A DNA stretch of 64,000 bases. Source: Myxococcota bacterium. Its GTDB lineage: Bacteria > Myxococcota_A > UBA796 > CAJQPC01. The translations under genes were made by a program, and so were the position numbers. Location of the stretch: the NCBI GenBank assembly GCA_036229005.1, contig JAZAMN010000004.1, forward strand, positions 64,001 to 128,000, given 5' to 3'. The number at the start of each line of letters is the position of its first letter. Positions within the stretch are counted from its first letter, which is position 1. The notes beneath the pieces are model-generated. The model did not search any database. It saw only the letters and a list, made by a program, of their open reading frames with translations, and was not told the origin of the DNA. Shown piece after piece: positions 10,070-18,065 of this stretch.

Positions 10070-10801
10070 ATGCCCAGGCTCACCGTCGGCAACACCCAGA
10101 TTCCCTATGCGGTTCGCTACAGCGATCGCGCAAAGCGCAAGCGCGTTCAGGTGACCCCCGAAGGGGTCTTGGTCATTGCCCCAGTGGGCACCCCTGACGC
10201 TGGCGCGCAGGGGTTGGATGCCTTCCTGCGCACCAAGCGACGTTGGGTCTTCGACGCCGTGCGCCAGGTCGAGCAGGAGCACCAGAAGCTGCTCTCGCAG
10301 CGCTACGACTCCGGCGCCAAGCTCCAGTACCGTGGGCGTTGGCTCATGCTGGACGTCAGCTCAGGCGCTGTCGAGCAGGTCCAGATCACCTGCCGCTCCA
10401 AGTTCCACGTCCTCGTGCCTGAGGGGCTCAGCGGGCTGGACCGCTTGGGGTCCATTCGAGCCGCCTTCGACGCTTGGCTCCGCGAGCGGGCCCAGCGGGA
10501 CATTCGGCGCTTCGGCAACAGACACCAGACCGCCCTCGGCGTCCAGGCCAAGTCCTTTCAGATCTCCGACGCCAAGGCCCGCTGGGGTTCCCTCGGCCGC
10601 GACGGCACCGTGCGGGTTCACTGGCGTCTCGTCCAGGCCCCCGTCGCCGCCTTGGAATACGTCGTCGCCCACGAACTCACTCACCTCCTGCACCGGAACC
10701 ACAGCCCCGAGTTCTGGGCCGCTTTGGCCCGCACCCTTCCAGACTGGCCGGAGCGCAAAGCGATGCTGGAGCGGTGGGAGACGGAGCATCGGGCCGTGTG
10801 A
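10070..10801 (+). CDS. YgjP/SprT-like (DUF45) zinc metalloprotease-domain protein associated with type I R-M
   Basis: KARWGS, LEYVVAHELTHLLHRNHSPEFW (HEXXH), LPDW. The usual position after hsdR. Confidence 0.88.
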   Translation: MPRLTVGNTQIPYAVRYSDRAKRKRVQVTPEGVLVIAPVGTPDAGAQGLDAFLRTKRRWVFDAVRQVEQEHQKLLSQRYDSGAKLQYRGRWLMLDVSSGAVEQVQITCRSKFHVLVPEGLSGLDRLGSIRAAFDAWLRERAQRDIRRFGNRHQTALGVQAKSFQISDAKARWGSLGRDGTVRVHWRLVQAPVAALEYVVAHELTHLLHRNHSPEFWAALARTLPDWPERKAMLERWETEHRAV

Positions 10802-10823
10802 TAATGCAGATTGGAGCAGAACC

Positions 10824-12971
10824 TTGCCTGTATTCGGTAAAGTTGAACTGAACTTTGGAAGCGAGCCGGGGGGTGAGAGCCTCAGCTTTCAACCCGGCGT
10901 TCTGACGCTTGTTGTAGGGCCGAACAACTCGGGGAAGAGCCTCTTTCTACGTGAGTTGGCGGGGGTGAATCCCCGGGCCGGCAGCCACCTCCTCCGCGAC
11001 ACCCGTTGGTTGGATGAGTTGCGAGTTGTCGCAGATGTGGAGTGGAGTCCACTTGTGGCTGAGGATATCCGGAAGGAGATTCTATCGGAGCAGGAGCACT
11101 CGCGGATCCGGCTTTTCGGCGACTGGACCGAGACGGGGGCCTTCTTGGACTGGGCGGGCAGCGAGCTATTGGCTGCATGGTCTCCGGTTGTTGAAACCCT
11201 CCTACGGATGCGGGGTGGGCCGAACGCAGCTCTGATTAATTATGTCATTCCGGAGCCTCTGGGTCTACCGTTGGCGGAGAACTGGGCCAAGGTGGTCGTC
11301 CTTGCCTTCTATGTTCTCTCCCATCAAGACGAAGAGTTCGTCGTTACCGAGTTCCGGCAGGAGTTGTTTGAGCGTGTCTCTATCGCCTGGGAGGGGAGTC
11401 TCGAAGTGGCAGAGAAGGCGGGTCTTGAACTGGAGAAGGATGATCTCAAGCATTTGTGCACTTCAAAAGTGCTTGTCCGCTTCTTCTCCAGCCATATTGC
11501 CGCCCTTGGGATTGCCGCTTTCTTTGCGGAACTCGGTAAGAAAATGGGAAAACCGGTACCTGCTGTTGGGCCAAACCCAGCCGGCTTCATCGAACGGATG
11601 GAGGCATTGGCAGCACTGTCAGATGACTGGAGGAAGCTTGTCGAGCAGCCTTTAGAGATGGTCCGAGTAGAGGAGAAGTACCGTTGGTTGCGTTGGCGAA
11701 AGAACGGTGGGATCGAGTCAAAGTTGGTGGTTCGATATCTTGATGGTGGAAATCGGCTGGAGTTGACAACGACACAATCGCTTCAGGCGTACTCGGCCAA
11801 GGCAAACGTCCTTTCGCGTCTTCTGTACGATACCTCTCGTCGTGAGCTTCTGAGGCGTCTGGTTTGGGAGACCCTGGGTGAGCACCTATACATCGATGCA
11901 GTCTCAGAGCCGTCCAGGGCAACTTGGGTTCTCTCCAAAGAAGAGACTTCCTTTGAAGGTAGACACTCGCACGAGGCCCTTGAATTCTTTTCGAACACGC
12001 TGCCACTTGCATCCCGGTCCGACGGCGTCCACGCCTACGTTGGACTACTCGCTGAGGTCGTCGCAGCGCCACAGAATGTCATCTTCATCGATGAACCGGA
12101 AGCATTTCTCCACCCCCCACTGGCGCGCACACTCGTACGCCAGCTCTGTGAAGTCGCCCGTCAACACGACAAGCAACTCTTCGTCTCCACCCACAGCCAG
12201 GAAGTGCTCACGGCGGCCGTACGCTCCGGCGTGGAGTTGAGCATCCTCCGCTTGACCTACGATGGTACTCATGGGACCGCTCGAACCCTACCTCCGAGAG
12301 TCCTCGCCAAAGTCGCGGTAGACCCGCTCCTGCGCTCCGAACGCACATTGTCAGCCCTGTTTCACACGGGTGCTATCGTCTGTGAGGCGGATGCTGACCG
12401 TGTGTTCTATGAGCAGATAAACGAGGTGTTGCTGAGAGAGCAAGAGGGCGGCTTGGACTCTCTGGTCTTCATGAATGCGCAAAACTGGTCTACGGTTCGG
12501 CGAATGGTGGGGCCGTTGCGCAAGATGGGGGTGCCGGCCGCTGCGATCATTGATCTGGATTGTCTGTTTGAAAAGGAAATGAAGCAGCTCTTCCAGGCCG
12601 CGAGAGTTCCGCGAGGTACCCAGGATGGCTGGAATCAAACGCGACAGGAGCTCAAGAAGAGCTCCTCAGGACGATTGAAGTCGTCGAACCTCTCGGAACT
12701 GTCTCGTGAACAGCACCAGTCACTTGAAGGGCTGCTTGAGAGCATGGCAAGGTACGGAGTGTTCGTTGTTCCAGTCGGAGAGCTTGAAGATTGGTACGGC
12801 CCGGAGGTGGTGGGGAACCGACAGAAGACACCCTGGGTACAGAACGTCCTCGGGCGGCTGTCCGAGGACTACGAAGGGCAAGATCGACTCGGGTTCGACG
12901 ACAGTCCCATCTGGGACTTCATGCGCCGCGTCACAGCGTGGATCGAGAACCCCCGATGGGGGATCGATTGA
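10824..12971 (+). CDS. ABC/AAA ATPase-TOPRIM fusion (OLD-like ATP-dependent nuclease), candidate anti-phage gene
   Basis: Walker A VGPNNSGKS, SDG signature region, Walker B IFIDEPEAFLHP, H-loop VSTHS, TOPRIM IVCEADAD and IIDLD. TTG after GGAG. Visibly more A/T-ending codons than the host genes. Confidence 0.8.
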   Translation: MPVFGKVELNFGSEPGGESLSFQPGVLTLVVGPNNSGKSLFLRELAGVNPRAGSHLLRDTRWLDELRVVADVEWSPLVAEDIRKEILSEQEHSRIRLFGDWTETGAFLDWAGSELLAAWSPVVETLLRMRGGPNAALINYVIPEPLGLPLAENWAKVVVLAFYVLSHQDEEFVVTEFRQELFERVSIAWEGSLEVAEKAGLELEKDDLKHLCTSKVLVRFFSSHIAALGIAAFFAELGKKMGKPVPAVGPNPAGFIERMEALAALSDDWRKLVEQPLEMVRVEEKYRWLRWRKNGGIESKLVVRYLDGGNRLELTTTQSLQAYSAKANVLSRLLYDTSRRELLRRLVWETLGEHLYIDAVSEPSRATWVLSKEETSFEGRHSHEALEFFSNTLPLASRSDGVHAYVGLLAEVVAAPQNVIFIDEPEAFLHPPLARTLVRQLCEVARQHDKQLFVSTHSQEVLTAAVRSGVELSILRLTYDGTHGTARTLPPRVLAKVAVDPLLRSERTLSALFHTGAIVCEADADRVFYEQINEVLLREQEGGLDSLVFMNAQNWSTVRRMVGPLRKMGVPAAAIIDLDCLFEKEMKQLFQAARVPRGTQDGWNQTRQELKKSSSGRLKSSNLSELSREQHQSLEGLLESMARYGVFVVPVGELEDWYGPEVVGNRQKTPWVQNVLGRLSEDYEGQDRLGFDDSPIWDFMRRVTAWIENPRWGID

Positions 12972-13013
12972 CGGTGTCTGTTCGAGCGAGTTCCTGTTGA
13001 ATTGGAGCCCCCC

Positions 13014-13787
13014 ATGCCCCTCACCGACTGCCCCACCCACGGCGAATCCGGAGCGGTGGAGATGTGTCAGCACCTCCACCGGTCCCTCCAGGCCGGGGTG
13101 TACCGGACCTTCACCGTGCTCCCGGTCTTCCCGGTCCGGATCTGCGCGGACTGCGCGCAGGCCTATGGGGTGCCCGAGCTGCTGGCTGCTGCAATGGTGT
13201 CTGCCGAACAGCTACGCGAGCAGCGCGCCAATGACCCCGGCCTCCGTGCCATTGCACCGGACCACGTGGTGCACCGTGAGCTCCTGACTGAGCGGCATCC
13301 AGAACTCCTGACACGGATCGAGTCCATCTACGACGCGGTCAACGCGCGCAGTCGGATGATGTGCTGCGGCTGCATCGACGCGGTTCAGGTCAGCCACGCG
13401 CGGGCGACGGGGGCCTCGCTTCCCTGTGAACCCTTCGACCAGACCATCGTCAATGGGAGTGACCCCCGGCTCTTCGCGCTGGCTGAGCTGGTGCGCGCGC
13501 ACCTGAGCCCCCGGGGGAACCACGAGGGGCGCTTCTACGGCTGCCAGGTGTTCGCGGGGACGGCGCTGCGGCCGCTGCGGGTGCGCGTCTTTGGGGTGGT
13601 GGACGAGGCGGAGCGGGCCGCCATGACGCGGCGCATCGACGCGTTCTTTGAGGGGGCCGAGCGCTTCCAGAGGGAGGTCCAGTACTTCGAGGCGATGGCC
13701 TGGGATGAGCGGGTGGTGGAGGGGAGCGTGACCCGGACCCGGAGGCCTCTGGTGCTGGTGGCCGAGACGCTGGTGCGCAGGGAGTAG
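13014..13787 (+). CDS. Hypothetical Cys/His-rich protein (possible Zn-binding)
   Basis: CPTHG...MCQH, ICADC and CCGC clusters. ATG after GGAG. Confidence 0.6.
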   Translation: MPLTDCPTHGESGAVEMCQHLHRSLQAGVYRTFTVLPVFPVRICADCAQAYGVPELLAAAMVSAEQLREQRANDPGLRAIAPDHVVHRELLTERHPELLTRIESIYDAVNARSRMMCCGCIDAVQVSHARATGASLPCEPFDQTIVNGSDPRLFALAELVRAHLSPRGNHEGRFYGCQVFAGTALRPLRVRVFGVVDEAERAAMTRRIDAFFEGAERFQREVQYFEAMAWDERVVEGSVTRTRRPLVLVAETLVRRE

Positions 13788-13838
13788 GCCCGCCGGCGGA
13801 TTGGGCGGCCCCATCGGGGCCGGCGGTCCGCCCCAGAC

Positions 13839-13873
13839 GCAAAGAAGCCCCACCAGGCGGCAGGGCTCCTTGC
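13839..13873 (-). terminator. Putative terminator downstream of amt
   Basis: On the minus strand GGAGCCC...GGGCTTC is followed by TTT. It lies between convergent genes. Confidence 0.45.
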
Positions 13874-13889
13874 AGGTTCTCGCGGAGGC

Positions 13890-15119
13890 TCAGGCCTCGA
13901 CGGGCTCGTCGATGGCGTAGCCGGCTTCGCCGTGCTCGATGAGGTCGAGGCCGGTGCGCTCGTGGTGCTCGGGGACACGAAGGCCCATGAAGCGGTCGAG
14001 GGCCCAGCTCAGGGCGTAGGTGACGCCGAAGGTGTAGGCGGCGGTGGCCAGGATGCTGATGACCTGGATGCCGACGATCTCGAAGTTGCCCTCGATGAGG
14101 CCGGAGGCGCCGCCGACGGCGCTGACGGCGAAGATGCCGGTGGCCAAGGCACCCCAGGCGCCGCCCAGGCCGTGAACGCCGAAGGCGTCCAGGCTGTCGT
14201 CGTAGCCGAAGCGCTCCTTGAGCAACACGCCCAGGTAGCAGAGAATGCCGGCGCCAGCGCCGATGGCGAGGGCGCCCCCCAGACCGACGAAGGCGCAGGC
14301 GGGGGTGATGGCGACGAGGCCGGCGACGGCGCCGGACGCGACGCCGAGGGCGCTGGTGTGCTTGCGGTGGAAGGTCTCCACGCCAGCCCAGGTGATGGCG
14401 CCGGTGGCGGCGGCCACGTGGGTCACCATGAAGGCCCAGCCGGCGTCGCCGTTGGCGGCCAGGGCGCTGCCGGCGTTGAAGCCGAACCAGCCGAACCACA
14501 GCAGGCCAGCACCCAGCAGGGTGAGGGCCAGGTTGTGGGGCCGGATGGAGGCCTTCTGCCAGTCGATGCGGCGGCCCAGGACCAGGATCATGGCCAGGGC
14601 GGCGACGCCGCTGTTGACGTGGACGACGGTGCCGCCGGCGAAGTCCAGGGCGCCGAGCTCGCCCAGCCAACCACCGGGACCCCACACCCAGTGACAGACG
14701 GGGGCGTAGACCAGCAGCGACCAGACCAGGGTGAACACGACGTAGGCGCGGAAGCGGATGCGCTCGGCGAAGGCGCCGCTGATGAGCGCTGGGGTGATGA
14801 TGGCGAACATCATCTGGAAGGCGACGAACACGATGTGGGGGATGTCGTCGGCGAAGGGACCGGGCTCGGTGCCGACGCCCTGGAGGAAGGCGTACTCGAA
14901 GCCGCCGATGAAGCGGTTGCCTTGGCCAAAGGCCAGGCTGTAGCCCAGGGTGACCCAGGCCAGGGTGGCCAGGCCCATGGCGAAGAAGCTGTGCAGCAAG
15001 GTGCTGAGCACGTTCTTGGCCCGCACCATGCCCCCGTAGAAGATGGCAAGCCCCGGGGTCATGAGCAGCACCAGCGCGCAGCTCATCAACATCCAGGCAG
15101 TGTTCCCGCTGTCGATCAT
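13890..15119 (-). CDS. amt: Ammonium transporter (Amt family)
   Basis: GNTAWML, FQMMFAIITPALISGAFAER, DFAGGTVVH, LLWFGWFGFNAGS, DDSLDAFGVHG, GLDLIEHGE. Confidence 0.97.
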   Translation of the reverse strand: MIDSGNTAWMLMSCALVLLMTPGLAIFYGGMVRAKNVLSTLLHSFFAMGLATLAWVTLGYSLAFGQGNRFIGGFEYAFLQGVGTEPGPFADDIPHIVFVAFQMMFAIITPALISGAFAERIRFRAYVVFTLVWSLLVYAPVCHWVWGPGGWLGELGALDFAGGTVVHVNSGVAALAMILVLGRRIDWQKASIRPHNLALTLLGAGLLWFGWFGFNAGSALAANGDAGWAFMVTHVAAATGAITWAGVETFHRKHTSALGVASGAVAGLVAITPACAFVGLGGALAIGAGAGILCYLGVLLKERFGYDDSLDAFGVHGLGGAWGALATGIFAVSAVGGASGLIEGNFEIVGIQVISILATAAYTFGVTYALSWALDRFMGLRVPEHHERTGLDLIEHGEAGYAIDEPVEA

Positions 15120-15353
15120 TCAGGTCTCCCTGCGCCCTGGGACCGTCCAGGGAGCAGCGCCGATTCTCCACGGATCCGCCAGCAGTGAGTGGTTTCAGGG
15201 TGTTACGAGTGCGTTCCGGGCCGTTGCAATCGCCGCAAGTGGGCGTCGGAGCGGGGTTTGTGTGTGTCAGAGGTGAACGAGCGTTCGTTCGCTCTTGCGC
15301 ATCTGAGCAAGTTGAAGGATCTCCAGGCGCAGGGCATGGCGTACTCTGGGGGC

Positions 15354-16808
15354 ATGATTCAGCTCCTCGTTGTCCTCGCCTGCACCAGGAATCCTTCTGA
15401 GACGTCTGTTTTGGACGACACGTCCGAGACGGTGGGGACCGATGACACGCAGGACACCCAGTCCTCCTCCTCTCCCTCCTGGGAAGAGGTCCGACCCATC
15501 TTCCAGGGGCACTGCAGCCGCTGCCACAGCGCGAACCGGCTCTCGACCTACAAGCGGCTGGAGACGCTGGAGGACATCCGTGGGCTGCGCACCAACATCC
15601 TGGACAAGCTGGAGACGGAGCCGCCGCGGGGGCTGCGGATGCCGGTGGCGTCGAACCACTCGGGGGGCTGCACGCCCGAGCACCCGGCCATCAACGACAA
15701 GCGCTTGAGCGAGCAGGAGCTGGAGACGGTGCGGGCCTTCCTGCAGCGAGAGGACCTCCGGGATGAGGTCGACAGCTTCCCGGCCCTGGAGCCGCCGGTG
15801 GTGCCGGAGCTGGAGGATGCGGTGACGTACACCTCGTCGGAGTTCGGGGTGCTCAACGACGGCTTCCTGGAGGACCCGAACGGGGACACCGGGGGGTACA
15901 TGGACGAGAAGGACTACGACCAGCGCGAGTACGACCAGATGGAGGACGACTGGTTCTGCATCCGCTTCAACCCGGGGCGCAGCGAGGCGGGGTACCTGAC
16001 GGGCGTGCAGGCGGAGACGGCGAGCGGGCAGATCCACCTGAACGCGCAGCTTGTGATCGACACGACGGGGGCCAGCGCGGACGCTCAGGCGGCGGCAGAG
16101 GAGCGGGGGAGTGACTGGTACCGCTGCGATGCGGGGCTGGGCTTCTCGGACGCGATCCCGCTGTGGCGGACGGTGCCGGGGGGCCAGGCGGTGGAGCTGC
16201 CGGAGGCCACGGGGCTGCGCTTCGACCCGAGTTGGACCTTTGTGCTGCGGGCGGACTTCCACACGCACTACGACGCGGAGGAGTTCAACCGCCTCTCACA
16301 GAACGGCGTGATCGACCGCGAGGCGGGGACGATGACCTGGTACAATCAGGCGACCCTGCGGGCGCAATGGGCGGCGCCGGAGGACATCGAGCGGGAGCTC
16401 CAGTGGGTGATGGTGGAGCCCAGCACCAGCCAGGAGCGGGAGAGCTTCGCGGTGGTTCCGGGGGCCAGCACGTTGAGCTACCAGGCGGGGCTGCCTACGG
16501 ACGCGGAGCGCTACGCGGTGTTCTCGGCCGAGGTGGGGATGGGCAAGAACGGGCACACGGCGAGCCTTCTCGACACGGGGAGCTCGAGCTGCCTTGCCAG
16601 CAACGGGGACTTCAACCCGAATTGGATCGAGCAGGCGGTCTACGCCGAGGGCGCCGCGCCGGTGCTGGACGGCGGCAGCACGCTGGAGATCCGCTGCGAC
16701 TACGAGAACAAGAGCGAGGAGACCGTGACCTGGGGCCCCGAGGGCGAGGCCGCGGTCTGGGGGCGCAAGGAGCGCTGCAGCGGGGTGGTGTTCTTCTACG
16801 AGGAGTAG
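15354..16808 (+). CDS. Lipoprotein with a cytochrome c (CxxCH) domain and a PHM/copper type II monooxygenase-like C-terminal region
   Basis: Lipobox MIQLLVVLAC; PSWEEVRPIFQGHCSRCH...MP; DDWFCIRF; WRTVPGG..VELPEATGLRF; LEIRCDYEN...VTWG...ERC. Confidence 0.6.
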   Translation: MIQLLVVLACTRNPSETSVLDDTSETVGTDDTQDTQSSSSPSWEEVRPIFQGHCSRCHSANRLSTYKRLETLEDIRGLRTNILDKLETEPPRGLRMPVASNHSGGCTPEHPAINDKRLSEQELETVRAFLQREDLRDEVDSFPALEPPVVPELEDAVTYTSSEFGVLNDGFLEDPNGDTGGYMDEKDYDQREYDQMEDDWFCIRFNPGRSEAGYLTGVQAETASGQIHLNAQLVIDTTGASADAQAAAEERGSDWYRCDAGLGFSDAIPLWRTVPGGQAVELPEATGLRFDPSWTFVLRADFHTHYDAEEFNRLSQNGVIDREAGTMTWYNQATLRAQWAAPEDIERELQWVMVEPSTSQERESFAVVPGASTLSYQAGLPTDAERYAVFSAEVGMGKNGHTASLLDTGSSSCLASNGDFNPNWIEQAVYAEGAAPVLDGGSTLEIRCDYENKSEETVTWGPEGEAAVWGRKERCSGVVFFYEE

Positions 16809-16832
16809 GCCCCGCTGCAGGGCGCGCTGGCG

Positions 16833-17876
16833 TCAGGAGGACAGGCCCGCGACCCGGTCTGCCTCGACCCGCAGAGCGCCACCCACGCCGGGCTCGGAGT
16901 CGGAGTGGCCGTTGCCGTCCACGAACCAGAGGCGGCTGTCGACGCCCTCGGCCAGCAGGGCCTTGTGCAGGCGCCACGCGGCGGTGGGGCGGCAGACCTG
17001 GTCGCAGCGGCCGTGCACGGTGGAGACCGTCATGCCGCGCAGGCGCCGGAGCTGCTCGGGCTCCAGGAGCTGACCGGGCCGCAGGAAGCCCTCGGCGAGC
17101 ATGTAGTGCACCTCCAGGCTGGCGAAGGGGATCAGTTTGGAGGGGGTGGAGAGGGATGCGGCGATGGCCTCGGGATCCTTGTGGACCTTGGACAGCGAGA
17201 GCTCGTAGGCCACGAAGGCGCGGGCGGCGTCGTCGCGGGTGGCCGGGTCGGCCAGGAGCTGCCGGTAGCCCTCCAGGATGTCGGCGGGCGGGTTGCCTCC
17301 GAAGGCGGCGTGGTCGCGGATGAAGCCCTCGTAGGCCTCCCAGACCTCCGGGTAGTTGACCGCCGTGGAGCCGTCGCGGAAGAGGGCGTCGACCTCGTCC
17401 AGCAGGAAGGTGAAGATGCCGCGCAGGATGAGGTGGGCCATGCGCTCGGGGTGGGCCTCGGCGTAGGCCAGGGCCAGGGTGGAGCCCCAGGAGCCGCCCA
17501 GCACCAGGTGCCACTTGTCGATGCCCAGGTGGGCGCGGAGCTGCTCCAGGTCGTCCACCAGGTGGGGGGTGCTGTTGTCGGCGAGGGCGGCTTGGTAGTC
17601 GTCGGCCACGTTGGGCTGGCTCTGGCCGGCGCCTCGCTGGTCCAGCAGGATGATGCGGTAGACCTGGGGATCGAAGAACTGCCGCACGCCGGGTCGGGTG
17701 CCGCCGCCGGGGCCACCGTGCAGGAAGAGGGCGGGCTTGCCCGCGGGGTTGCCGGACTCCTCCCAGTAGAGGTGGTGCGTGGCGTCTGCGCTGCCGACCT
17801 GCAACATGCCGGTCTGGTTGGGCTCGATGGGGGGGTGGAGCTCGGTGGGGGCGGGGTCGATGCGGAGCTGGGTCAA
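16833..17876 (-). CDS. pip: Prolyl aminopeptidase (proline iminopeptidase)
   Basis: HHLYWEESGNPAG, FLHGGPGGG, DQRGAGQS, GGSWGSTLAL, LILRGIF, HGRCD, GHS. TTG start after GGAGG. Confidence 0.92.
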   Translation of the reverse strand: MTQLRIDPAPTELHPPIEPNQTGMLQVGSADATHHLYWEESGNPAGKPALFLHGGPGGGTRPGVRQFFDPQVYRIILLDQRGAGQSQPNVADDYQAALADNSTPHLVDDLEQLRAHLGIDKWHLVLGGSWGSTLALAYAEAHPERMAHLILRGIFTFLLDEVDALFRDGSTAVNYPEVWEAYEGFIRDHAAFGGNPPADILEGYRQLLADPATRDDAARAFVAYELSLSKVHKDPEAIAASLSTPSKLIPFASLEVHYMLAEGFLRPGQLLEPEQLRRLRGMTVSTVHGRCDQVCRPTAAWRLHKALLAEGVDSRLWFVDGNGHSDSEPGVGGALRVEADRVAGLSS

Positions 17877-18065
17877 GGTGGCCTCCAGGGGATTCCAGGG
17901 CAGGGGAGGGGGCGCCCGGTGCTCCTGGCTTAACGACCTGCTCCCAGGGGGCGAGGGGCCCCGCTGTCGGCGGCGCCACCGTCTTGCCCAGCCCCCCCCG
18001 CCGAAGTAATCGAGAGGGCAACAACCCCGTGGAAACCCACCCCCTCTCAGCACCTGAGGCGTCCC

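Noticed and set aside
10176..10823. N-terminal extension of the ATPase ORF (931-aa version)
   Set aside because: It overlaps the ygjP-like gene in another frame and is low-complexity Ser/Pro/Ala. A TTG with SD at 10824 precedes the Walker A strand.
12972..13889. attR (duplicated tmRNA 3' end) and integrase for the island
   Set aside because: No copy of TTCGACTCCCGCCGCCTCCACCA was found by eye, and no recombinase ORF is in the window.
15120..15353. glnK partner, sigma-54 promoter or riboswitch upstream of amt
   Set aside because: No P-II ORF is adjacent, and I could not identify a convincing TGGCAC-N5-TTGC or riboswitch consensus.
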